From: an uncultured Gammaproteobacteria bacterium
GTDB lineage: Bacteria > Patescibacteriota > Patescibacteriia > UBA9934
Assembly (NCBI GenBank): GCA_964613815.1
Contig: CAZTKG010000002.1
Location: 118,299-182,298 of the forward strand
Length of the DNA stretch: 64,000 nucleotides
Direction of reading: 5' to 3'
In this document: positions 25,786 to 34,223 of the stretch, in pieces
How positions within the stretch are numbered: position 1 is the stretch's first letter
How the letters are laid out: each line of letters starts with the position of its first letter
Program-made: the position numbers and the translations under genes
Notes under the pieces: generated by a model
Database searches by the model: none
Told to the model about the DNA's origin: nothing
What the model saw: only the letters and a program-made list of their open reading frames with translations

Positions 25786-28341
25786 ATGAAAGATAAAATT
25801 ACGATTAAAGGTGCGCGAGAGCATAACCTCAAAAATATTGATTTGGCGTTGCCGCGTAATAAATTGATTTGTTTTACGGGACTTTCTGGAAGCGGGAAGT
25901 CTAGTTTGGCGTTTGATACGATTTTTGCGGAAGGGCAGCGGCGGTATATTGAGAGTTTGAGTGCGTATGCGCGGCAGTTTTTGGGGCAGATGCAGAAGCC
26001 GGATGTGGATGAGATTGATGGGTTGAGTCCGGCGATTAGCATCGATCAAAAAGCGCATAGTCGGAATCCACGGTCGATTGTGGCGACGGTGACGGAGATT
26101 TATGATTATTTGCGTGTGTTGTATGCGCGTGTTGGAAAGGCGGTTTGCCCGACGTGTCGGAGTAGTATTGAGCGGATGGGGGTTGATGGGATTGTGGTGG
26201 CTGCTTTGCGGGATCTTGGTGAGCACCCGCGGCAGAAAGGAAGAGATCTCCCGACTTCGCTCGAGATGGGAAAATTATCAGGAGGTGAAGTTCAGATTTT
26301 GGCTCCGGTGATTCGAGGGCGGAAGGGGGAGTATTATCAGCTTTTGTATGATCTTTATAATCAGGGGTTTGCGAAAGTGCGCGTTGACGGGAAGGAGCAT
26401 CGGCTTAGTGAGAAAATTAAGTTATCGCGTTATAAGAAGCATGATATTGAAGTGATTATTGATACGATTCCGGCGACGGCATTGAAGGATCCGAGTCAGG
26501 ACGATCGGCAGCGGATTAATGAGGCGGTGGAGCGAGCAATTGAGGTTGGGGAGGATTTGGCGCTTGTGGTGTTTCCGGATGGGCATGAGCGGTTGTTTAG
26601 TACGAAGTTTAGTTGTGTGGATTGTGGGTTTTCGTTTCCGGAGATTGAGCCTCGGCTGTTTAGTTTTAATAGTCCTTATGGAGCATGTCAGCCTTGTGGG
26701 GGGCTTGGGACGACGGAGCTTTTTAGTGAAGATTTGTGTGAGGTTTGTGAAGGGGCTCGGCTTCGGCCTGAGGGGCGGAGTGTTTTGGTTGGAGGGAAGT
26801 CGATTGTGGAAGCCGTTGGGATGACGATTGGGAATAGTGCGCAATGGTTTTTGGAGCTTGAGCTGGATGAGCGGCAGATGGAGATTGCGGGAGCGGCGTT
26901 GAATGAGATTCAGAATCGTCTTTCTTTTCTTGATGATGTTGGGCTTGATTATTTGACGCTTGATCGGCGGGCGGGGACGCTCAGTGGTGGAGAGGCGCAG
27001 CGGATTCGGCTTGCGAGTCAGGTAGGATCAAGACTTGTGGGGGCGCTTTATGTTCTTGATGAACCTACAATTGGTCTCCATCAGCGGGACAATGAGCAGT
27101 TGATTCGGACTTTGGAAGATCTTCGAGATTTGGGGAATACGGTGATTGTGGTTGAGCATGATGAGGATACGATTCGGCGGTCGGATTTTATGGTTGAGAT
27201 TGGGCCCGGGGCTGGTGTGCATGGAGGGAATGTGATTGCGGCGGGGGAGGTGCCGGCGATTTTTGAGGATAAGAATTCTCGGACGGCGGCGTATATGCGA
27301 GGGGATGAGGGGATTGAGGTGCCGAAGAAGCGACGGAAGGTTGGGCGGGATAAGATTAAGGTTGTGGGGGCTGAGGCGCATAATTTGAAGAAGTTGAATG
27401 TGGAGTTTCCGCTTCGGCGGTTTGTGTGTGTGACGGGGGTGAGTGGGAGTGGGAAGTCAACGCTTGTGCATGATGTGATGTATAGCGCGCTTGCGAAAAA
27501 ATTGAATGGGCGGAAAAAGAAGCCTGGGAAGCATAAGGCGGTGATGGGGGTTGAGTATATTGATAAGATTGTTTTGATTAATCAGTCGGCGATTGGGCGG
27601 ACGAGTCGGTCGAATCCTGCGACGTATACCGGGGCTTGGGGGCCGATTCGGGAGTTGTTTGCGGCAACGGAAGAGGCACGGTTTCGTGGGTATAAGCCTG
27701 GGCGGTTTAGTTTTAATGTGCCCGGAGGTCGATGTGATAATTGTGATGGGCATGGGAAGATTGCGATTGAGATGCATTTTTTGCCGACGGTGCATGTGGA
27801 GTGTGATGTGTGTAAGGGGAAGCGATTTAGGCGGGAGACGCTTGAGGTTGTTTGGAATGAAAAGAATATTTGGCAGGTGCTTGATATGACGGTTGAGGAG
27901 GGGGCGGTGTTTTTTAAGAATGTTCCTACGGTGTTTGAGAAGTTGAAGACAATGAATGAGGTTGGGCTTGGGTATTTGAAGTTGGGACAGAGTGCGACGA
28001 CGCTCAGTGGAGGAGAGGCGCAGCGGGTGAAGCTCGCCACGGAACTATCGAAACGACAGACGGGACGGACGTTGTATATTTTGGATGAGCCGACGACGGG
28101 GTTGCATTTTGAAGACATTAAGAAGTTGCTTCAGGTGTTGCATCGGTTGGTGAGTAAGGGGAATTCTGTGGTTGTGATTGAGCATAATTTGGATGTGATT
28201 AAGACGGCGGATTGGATTATTGATTTGGGGCCTGATGGTGGGGAGCGTGGAGGGAAGCTTGTGATTGCGGGGACGCCGGAGGAGGTTGCGCGTTGTGCAC
28301 AGAGTGAGACGGGGAAATATTTGAAGCATTATGTTGATTGA
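25786..28341 (+). CDS. uvrA: Excinuclease ABC subunit A
   Basis: Two ABC ATPase modules (GLSGSGKSSL, GVSGSGKSTL; LSGGEAQR twice) with zinc-finger Cys clusters. It contains an in-frame RPE half-copy at 26239-26272. Confidence 0.9.
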   Translation: MKDKITIKGAREHNLKNIDLALPRNKLICFTGLSGSGKSSLAFDTIFAEGQRRYIESLSAYARQFLGQMQKPDVDEIDGLSPAISIDQKAHSRNPRSIVATVTEIYDYLRVLYARVGKAVCPTCRSSIERMGVDGIVVAALRDLGEHPRQKGRDLPTSLEMGKLSGGEVQILAPVIRGRKGEYYQLLYDLYNQGFAKVRVDGKEHRLSEKIKLSRYKKHDIEVIIDTIPATALKDPSQDDRQRINEAVERAIEVGEDLALVVFPDGHERLFSTKFSCVDCGFSFPEIEPRLFSFNSPYGACQPCGGLGTTELFSEDLCEVCEGARLRPEGRSVLVGGKSIVEAVGMTIGNSAQWFLELELDERQMEIAGAALNEIQNRLSFLDDVGLDYLTLDRRAGTLSGGEAQRIRLASQVGSRLVGALYVLDEPTIGLHQRDNEQLIRTLEDLRDLGNTVIVVEHDEDTIRRSDFMVEIGPGAGVHGGNVIAAGEVPAIFEDKNSRTAAYMRGDEGIEVPKKRRKVGRDKIKVVGAEAHNLKKLNVEFPLRRFVCVTGVSGSGKSTLVHDVMYSALAKKLNGRKKKPGKHKAVMGVEYIDKIVLINQSAIGRTSRSNPATYTGAWGPIRELFAATEEARFRGYKPGRFSFNVPGGRCDNCDGHGKIAIEMHFLPTVHVECDVCKGKRFRRETLEVVWNEKNIWQVLDMTVEEGAVFFKNVPTVFEKLKTMNEVGLGYLKLGQSATTLSGGEAQRVKLATELSKRQTGRTLYILDEPTTGLHFEDIKKLLQVLHRLVSKGNSVVVIEHNLDVIKTADWIIDLGPDGGERGGKLVIAGTPEEVARCAQSETGKYLKHYVD
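26239..26272. repeat. RPE-like element (right arm) in frame inside uvrA
   Basis: GGAAGAGATCTCCCGACTTCGCTCGAGATGGGA is translated as RDLPTSLEMG, immediately before the conserved ILAPVIRGRKGE segment. Confidence 0.75.
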
Positions 28342-28367
28342 TGGGTTGGTTTGCTTTGTTGCGCGGT

Positions 28368-28506
28368 GTCGGCGTCGAGGTGCCGTGCGACGTCGGGTCG
28401 GGACACCTTTAGCGTCAAGCCCGTTTATTTTTGCTACAGGATGGATGGGGCTGGAGCGGCGGTGTCATATCCTCCGCCTCCTTACGCACGGCACCTCGAC
28501 GCCGAC
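28368..28506. repeat. Inverted-repeat element: 22-bp perfect arms (GTCGGCGTCGAGGTGCCGTGCG / CGCACGGCACCTCGACGCCGAC) around a ~95-bp GC-rich core, in the uvrA-uvrC spacer
   Basis: Direct sequence comparison: the arms at 28368-28389 and 28485-28506 are exact reverse complements. Confidence 0.7.
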
Positions 28507-28531
28507 GTGGATTCATCTTTTGTGATTTTTT

Positions 28532-29881
28532 ATGGCGATTCCGGATTTTGTTCAAATACAGAGAGATGTTTTGCCCGATGATCCTGGGGTGTATTTTTAT
28601 TATGATTGTGATGGGGAGCTTTTGTATATTGGGAAGGCGACGAGTTTGAAGAAGCGGGTGGGGTCTTATTTTAATAAGGCGCATGATCGGCGGATTGCGG
28701 AATTGGTTGGGAAGATTCGGCGGATTGATTATATTGAAACGAAGACGTCTGTGGAGGCTTTGGTGCTTGAGGCGAATCAGATTAATGTGTTGCAGCCGCC
28801 ATATAATATTTTGAATAAGGATGATAAGAGTTTTTTGTATCTTTTGGTTACTAGTACGGATTTTCCTCGGCCGGTTTTGATTCGTGGGCATGAGCTTGCG
28901 GGGGCTGGGGTCGCGCCGTTTGCGGGGGCGATTCCGGAGAAGTTGGGAGGGAAATATCGGGCGATGTTTGGGCCGTATACGAGTTCTTATAGTTTGAAGA
29001 AGGCGATGGAGTTGATTCGGCGGGCGATTCCTTGGAGTGTTTGTCGGCCGCCTGAGGAGACAGGGAGTGATCGGTTGTGTTTTGATGCGCAGATTGGGAA
29101 GTGTCCGGGGGTTTGTGGGGGGAAGATATCAAAACAGCGCTATCGACGGATGATGAAGCGGTTTGAGATGTTTTTTGGGGGGAAGACAGCGCGGCTTTTG
29201 GGGCGGATGAAGAAGGAGATGGAGAAGGCGGCGAAGGAGATGCGGTTTGAGGAGGCGGCGGAGATTCGGAATGCGCTGTTTTCGCTTGAGCATATTCGGG
29301 ATATTGCGATGATTACGAAGGAGGATGTGGAGTTGCCGATGACGAGGGTGGATGAGGAGATGTATGTGGATTTGGAAGGGTGGATTGAGGCGTATGATAT
29401 TAGTAATATTTCTGGGACGTCGGCGGTTGGGAGTATGGTGGTGTTTTTTGAGGGGCGGCCTTTGAAGGCGGCTTATCGGAAGTTTAAGATTAAGACGGTG
29501 ATTGGGGCGGATGATGTTGGGTGTATGGAGGAGGTGATGCGGCGGCGGTTAAAGCGGGCGTTGCGATATCCGAAAGCTTGGGGGTTGCCGGAGATTATGG
29601 TGATTGATGGAGGAGAGGGGCAGGTGAATCGGGTGCGGGAGGTGTTTGCGGAGATGGGGGTGGATGTGCCGCTGATTGGGATTGCGAAGGGGTATGATCG
29701 GAAGCAAGATCGGCTCGTCTTTGATCGGGGGGATGTGCGAGTGACGAGTGTGGCGGAGCGGGGGAAGGAGGTGTTTTGTAAGGCGCGGGATGAGGCGCAT
29801 CGGTTTGCGGTTAAGTATCATAAGGAGGTGCGGAGTCGGGCGAGTGGGATTCGGCGGGGGAAGAAAAAAACCTCCGGATGA
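28532..29881 (+). CDS. uvrC: Excinuclease ABC subunit C (short form, 449 aa)
   Basis: GIY-YIG N-terminus (GVYFYYDCDGELLYIGKATSLKKRV), UvrBC-interaction region and an RNase H-like endonuclease domain. It appears to lack the C-terminal (HhH)2 tail. Confidence 0.8.
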   Translation: MAIPDFVQIQRDVLPDDPGVYFYYDCDGELLYIGKATSLKKRVGSYFNKAHDRRIAELVGKIRRIDYIETKTSVEALVLEANQINVLQPPYNILNKDDKSFLYLLVTSTDFPRPVLIRGHELAGAGVAPFAGAIPEKLGGKYRAMFGPYTSSYSLKKAMELIRRAIPWSVCRPPEETGSDRLCFDAQIGKCPGVCGGKISKQRYRRMMKRFEMFFGGKTARLLGRMKKEMEKAAKEMRFEEAAEIRNALFSLEHIRDIAMITKEDVELPMTRVDEEMYVDLEGWIEAYDISNISGTSAVGSMVVFFEGRPLKAAYRKFKIKTVIGADDVGCMEEVMRRRLKRALRYPKAWGLPEIMVIDGGEGQVNRVREVFAEMGVDVPLIGIAKGYDRKQDRLVFDRGDVRVTSVAERGKEVFCKARDEAHRFAVKYHKEVRSRASGIRRGKKKTSG

Positions 29882-30130
29882 GATCATCTGGAGGGTCGGT
29901 GGTCTGCGGCGCGGCACTATGCACAGCCGAGCTATGCGGTGCTTTGCGTTTGGTTGTTATCAATATTTTTTGGGTTTGTCAATGTGTTGGCTGGGTTATG
30001 CGGGGTGAGTGACCCGTTCTTCCTTCTTCGCCAAGGTTTCGAAGGACAAGTCGCTCAGCGAAGCTGAGCTACGAAGGGTTACCCCACTTCGCTTTGTGAG
30101 CTACGTTAGGGGTTTAATCTGCCCCCGGCA

Positions 30131-30165
30131 GATTAAAAAACCTCGACTGTGAGGTCGAGGATCGG
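30131..30165 (-). terminator. Hairpin CCTCGAC-N6-GTCGAGG preceded by A-run (terminator-like on minus strand); copy 1 of 2
   Basis: AAAAAACCTCGACTGTGAGGTCGAGG. A second copy lies at 30417-30452, the start of a ~285-bp degenerate tandem unit. Confidence 0.4.
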
Positions 30166-30260
30166 TGCGTTGCGAAGCTTTGCCTGGCGCGGCTGCGCGT
30201 AGCTATGCGGATGTGTTTTATTGTATATTTGTTTGAACGTCAATGTTTTCACAGATTCGC

Positions 30261-30412
30261 TTGACAGGTTTGAGGGGATTTGATAAGCAATGGCTAACTT
30301 GGCGTGGAATCTTGTGTGAATCAAGAACTGTCTCTCTGCAACGGTTTCTGCTTAGTCCGATCTTCGTCCAGGTTGCATTTAAACATCAGCGTCAGAGAGC
30401 GCTGATGTTTTT
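30261..30412 (+). ncRNA. Candidate small transcription unit (weak TTGACA-N17-TAAGCA promoter to strong terminator), possible sRNA or truncated leader
   Basis: TTGACA at 30261. There is a strong rho-independent terminator ACATCAGCG-TCAGAGAG-CGCTGATGT-TTTTT at 30378-30412 and no convincing ORF. Confidence 0.2.
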
Positions 30413-30551
30413 TATGATGAAAAAACCTCGACACGGATGTCGAGGGTCGGTGGTAAGCGCTGCGGCGCACTGCGTGGCGAAGCCTTGCATTGCGTGGATA
30501 TTTGATCATGAATTTGGGTTGGTGTCAATGAGTATGTTTTGTCGAGATGGG

Positions 30552-30580
30552 TTGACTGTTTCCGTATATGTTGCTACATA
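30552..30580 (+). promoter_or_regulatory. Promoter TTGACT-N17-TACATA upstream of REC-domain gene
   Basis: Sequence inspection. Confidence 0.4.
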
Positions 30581-30634
30581 GGGCATGGAGTTCTTTCATA
30601 CAATTTGTCGAAATATCGGCGATCGGAGATACAA

Positions 30635-32050
30635 ATGAAGATTCAGAAGAATGGCATGACGTTTACGGTCCTTCCTGAGGGCGGCTTCACCTGTGATGAT
30701 CTTGCTGGCTTGCCGGCGGCGTTTGAGGAGAGGTGGAGTTCGGAGGAGATTCAGGACGATACGGCTCGGCATCTTGCCGCGTTGCGAGGTCTCGCGAGGC
30801 CGCGCTTTGTTTCAGACGAGGAGCGTGACGCTGTTCCTGAGGGTCATCGGAAGGCGCTTGGAGAGGAGCGGTTCGACGAGGTCGTCGCTTCGTTGCGGGC
30901 CCGCGTGTGTGACCTCGATCCTTTTCAGCAGTTTGTGTTCTGGATCAGTCATTGGTGGCACTTTCTTGACGGGGAGGCTGAGGGGATTTGTGTTTCATTT
31001 ATTGAGGCCCAGGAGAGTTCGAAGTTGGCGATTAGGGAGAGGGTTTTCCCGCTCTTTCCCAGGGGTGTGCAGCGCGCAGTGATGGATGCTGATTTTCTTT
31101 CGGTCGCTGTTGGGGGTGGTCACTTTGCGATGCTGTTTGGTGGTACGAGTCGGCGGCTCATTGTGACTGACACGCAGCTTTTTGAGCTTCGGGATGTGCA
31201 TGGGTATTCGTATCTGGGCATTACCGCTGAAGGGTTGCCAGTGGCTCGGTCGAGGTGTAATCGTTTCGGTGGGCGGGCTTGGTTTGATGGTCGTCGATTG
31301 ATGGCGCATCCGCAGTTTCAGACCTGTGCGCCTGGCATGGTGGTCATCGATGGCGGATATAAGGTCAATACGACTCGCGCGACGATCGTGAATGGTGCCC
31401 ATTATGCGCTTGTCGATGAGGCTGACGCTGTTGCTCATACGACTGGTTCTGCTGGGGGGCCGTGGGGCGCTACGTTTACGTCTGCCGAGGGCATTCAGTC
31501 GATTGCTTTGGCGCGTCAGTCGGGGGAGCGGATGCGGGTCGAGGAGGGGCGTGTGAAGTTGGATGGGCGTGAGCTCAAGCCGTTTGGCATGTTTACTCCG
31601 TCGTCGGTTCAGCTGCTCGATAACGGCTTCGCTCTGTACGGATGGTCGGATTATCACGAGATTGTCTCGATTCGGTATGATCGCGTCATCATTGTAGATG
31701 ACCGTTCGGATTGGATTGATTCCGTTGTCTCTCATTTCGCTGATGATGATGTCGCCTTCGAGGTGTTCTGCACTGATCATGCTGGGGTGGCGCTTAGTGG
31801 CATTCTTCGGTCGGAGCCCGACGCCGTACTGCTCGACATGCATCTGACTGATGAGGAGCGGTTTGATGGGTTGTGGATCGCGAATGAGCTCGCGAAGCGT
31901 GAGTTCTCGGGACGGATTATGATTACGAGCGGGTCTGGGTTGAGGCAGCTTCAGGCGATGCAGGCGCTTATTCATGTTGCGACCGACGCGCCTGGCAAGG
32001 ACTTGGATCGGATTCAGCTTGCTCTGTGTGGGCGGCTGTCTGACGAATGA
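30635..32050 (+). CDS. Hypothetical protein with C-terminal response-regulator receiver (REC) domain; GC-rich, atypical codon usage
   Basis: The C-terminal ~120 aa have VIIVDD, LLDMHL (phospho-Asp position) and IMITSG (T/S position), consistent with a CheY-like fold. The N-terminal ~370 aa are unassigned. GGAGA RBS before the ATG at 30635. Confidence 0.5.
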   Translation: MKIQKNGMTFTVLPEGGFTCDDLAGLPAAFEERWSSEEIQDDTARHLAALRGLARPRFVSDEERDAVPEGHRKALGEERFDEVVASLRARVCDLDPFQQFVFWISHWWHFLDGEAEGICVSFIEAQESSKLAIRERVFPLFPRGVQRAVMDADFLSVAVGGGHFAMLFGGTSRRLIVTDTQLFELRDVHGYSYLGITAEGLPVARSRCNRFGGRAWFDGRRLMAHPQFQTCAPGMVVIDGGYKVNTTRATIVNGAHYALVDEADAVAHTTGSAGGPWGATFTSAEGIQSIALARQSGERMRVEEGRVKLDGRELKPFGMFTPSSVQLLDNGFALYGWSDYHEIVSIRYDRVIIVDDRSDWIDSVVSHFADDDVAFEVFCTDHAGVALSGILRSEPDAVLLDMHLTDEERFDGLWIANELAKREFSGRIMITSGSGLRQLQAMQALIHVATDAPGKDLDRIQLALCGRLSDE

Positions 32051-32118
32051 TATTCGTCGTTCTCTCGGATTTTCCGGGGGATTTTTTATTTGGATGGGCG
32101 CGCGCTTTGTGTTCTGTG

Positions 32119-32231
32119 TCATCTCGACCTTGCTGGAGAGATCTCATCCTGCCAGCACGGCTGATATTTACCGACGTCGGTGATCATTGCTCGCGGTACC
32201 GAAGAGGGTCTCTCCAGCAAGGTCGAGATGA
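32119..32231. repeat. MITE-like composite RPE-family element: 23-bp perfect terminal inverted repeats (GTCATCTCGACCTTGCTGGAGAG) flanking a ~65-bp core
   Basis: The arms are exact reverse complements and share the CATCTCGACC/GGTCGAGATG ends with the RPE family. It is intergenic, upstream of mraZ. Confidence 0.75.
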
Positions 32232-32528
32232 CAACGGGGGAGTGGGGGATGGTTTTTTATATATATCTGACGTTCTGTGGATAGTTGTGGTTGCTGGTGG
32301 GGGCGTGGTGGGTTATAGTGGGGGCAACGAGGCACAAAGTGGGGCGCCCCGCAATTTTCGTTTGCGGAGCTCGAGTCGTAAGACTCCATGTTCGGGAAAC
32401 TTCCCCCTGTCAGGAATTGTTGTAACGCTTACTCTCGGTGAGCATGCGCCAACGATTCGTGATAGGAATCGATCAACCGCGTGTTCTTTCCTTTGCGCGA
32501 CGTTAGCCGTTAAGGCGACGTTAAAACA

Positions 32529-32961
32529 TATGTTCATAGGCGAGTATCATCACCAATTAGACGACAAGGGTCGCCTTGCGATCCCGGTGAAGTTTCGTGG
32601 AGACCTTGCGAAAGGTGCGGTTGTGACGCGAGGTCTTGACTCTTCACTGTTCCTGCTCCCCTTGGAGGAGTGGGGCAAGCTTGCTGATTCTTTGGCAAAT
32701 TTGCCCTTGGGGCAGGCAAACTCACGTGCGTTCTCCCGTCTCATGCTTGCGGGCGCAATGGACGTGAAGTTGGATAAACAAGGGAGATTCATTGTTCCCG
32801 AATACTTACGGAAGTATGGGAAGTTGGATAAGAAAGTGGTAATTGTCGGGGTTTCTACTCGACTGGAGCTTTGGGATGCGGCTACTTGGGAAGCGTATTC
32901 TGCGCAGACTCAGGCGGATGCTGAAGCGATCGCTGAACAGTTAGGAGATTTAGGAATCTAG
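32529..32961 (+). CDS. mraZ: Transcriptional regulator MraZ
   Basis: Two SpoVT/AbrB-like repeats (GEYHHQLDDKGRLAIP...; LDKQGRFIVPEYLRKYG). It is followed by rsmH as in dcw clusters. Confidence 0.85.
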
Positions 32962-32971
32962 ATTAATAGGT

Positions 32972-33826
32972 ATGAAGCATGTCCCTGTCCTCATGAATGA
33001 GGTTTTGGACGGGCTCAATCTACAGTCTGGAGACACGGTTATTGACGCAACTGTCGGTCTTGGAGGGCACGCGCAGCGTTTGCTGGACGTGGTGTCTCCT
33101 GGAGGAGAGTTGATTGGGTTCGACCGTGATGAGAGAAATTTACAAGAGGCAAAGAGGCGACTTGGCAGTGATTCTGCAAGTTGTCGGTTGATTCACGATT
33201 CGTTTGCGAATGTTGGGTCGCACGATTTGCCTGGTGTGGATGGCGCTCTGTTTGATCTTGGGTACTCTTCTGTTCATGTTGATGACGCGGAACGTGGGTT
33301 CAGTTTTCAGCAGGATGGGCCTCTTGATATGCGGTATGACACGCGTGACGGGAGGACGGCGGAAGATATCGTAAACGACTGGAGCGAGGAGGAGTTGGCG
33401 CGGATTTTTCGTCAGTTTGGCGAAGAGCGGTTTAGTGCGCGGATTGCGCAGCGAGTTGTTCGTGAGCGTAAAATGGTGCGTATTACGACAACGACGCAGT
33501 TGGCTGACGTTGTTGCGAGTGCGGTGCCGGCGCGTGGGAAGATTCATCCTGCGACAAAGGTGTTTCAGGCGCTTCGGATGGAGGTGAATGATGAGCTTTC
33601 ACATATTGAAAAAGGATTGGGGGATGCAATTGGACTTCTGAAGTCAGGGGGTCGAATTGCGGTCATCAGTTTTCATTCGCTTGAAGATCGGCTGGTTAAG
33701 CAGCTGTTTAAAGGGCGAGATGATTTGGGGCTGATTAATAAGAAGGTTATTCGTCCTAGTGATGAAGAGACTTCTGAGAATCCGCGAGCGCGCAGTGCTA
33801 AGTTGCGTGTTGCTGAGAAGATTTAG
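32972..33826 (+). CDS. rsmH: 16S rRNA (cytosine1402-N4)-methyltransferase
   Basis: HVPVLMNEVL...VIDATVGLGGHA...GFDRDE...DLGYSS motifs of RsmH/MraW. Confidence 0.9.
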   Translation: MKHVPVLMNEVLDGLNLQSGDTVIDATVGLGGHAQRLLDVVSPGGELIGFDRDERNLQEAKRRLGSDSASCRLIHDSFANVGSHDLPGVDGALFDLGYSSVHVDDAERGFSFQQDGPLDMRYDTRDGRTAEDIVNDWSEEELARIFRQFGEERFSARIAQRVVRERKMVRITTTTQLADVVASAVPARGKIHPATKVFQALRMEVNDELSHIEKGLGDAIGLLKSGGRIAVISFHSLEDRLVKQLFKGRDDLGLINKKVIRPSDEETSENPRARSAKLRVAEKI

Positions 33827-34147
33827 ATGCGAGAAAGATTGCAAACAATTCAACTGTTTTTGCAAGATCGGAGCTGGATTCAGCTTGCGGTTTTGGCTGT
33901 GACGATTGTGATTGGCGTGCTTTACATCTGGCAGGTTAATCTGAGCGCGACGCGAGGGTTTGCGATGCGGGATTTGGATCGTCAGGTGGAAGATATGGGG
34001 ATTCAGAATGAGCGAAATCTTTTGGAGGTTGCGAGGTTGAGATCGGTAGACAGTGTGAGTAAGCGGGTTCAGATGCTTGGGCTTGTGGAGGTGGATGTGG
34101 CGGATTATATTGATGCGGGAGATAGCGCGGTGGCGGTGAATAAATAA
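33827..34147 (+). CDS. FtsL-like cell division protein (septum formation initiator family)
   Basis: Small bitopic protein (TM helix LAVLAVTIVIGVLYIW followed by a coiled coil) at the canonical position after rsmH. Confidence 0.5.
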   Translation: MRERLQTIQLFLQDRSWIQLAVLAVTIVIGVLYIWQVNLSATRGFAMRDLDRQVEDMGIQNERNLLEVARLRSVDSVSKRVQMLGLVEVDVADYIDAGDSAVAVNK

Positions 34148-34155
34148 GGGGGCAG

Positions 34156-34186
34156 GAAGAGATCTCTCCACAGCGGTCGAGATGGC
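34156..34186. repeat. RPE-like element, right-arm half copy, intergenic
   Basis: GGAAGAGATCTCTCCACAGCGGTCGAGATGG. Confidence 0.7.
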
Positions 34187-34223
34187 TGCGGGGTGGAGGG
34201 TTTTTTGATATACTGAGGCCACT

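Noticed and set aside
30635-32050. Calling the receiver-domain protein a complete two-component response regulator (for example an OmpR/NarL-type transcription factor)
   Set aside because: The receiver domain is C-terminal and there is no recognisable DNA-binding output domain. The N-terminal 370 aa are unassigned, so only the REC-like region is claimed.
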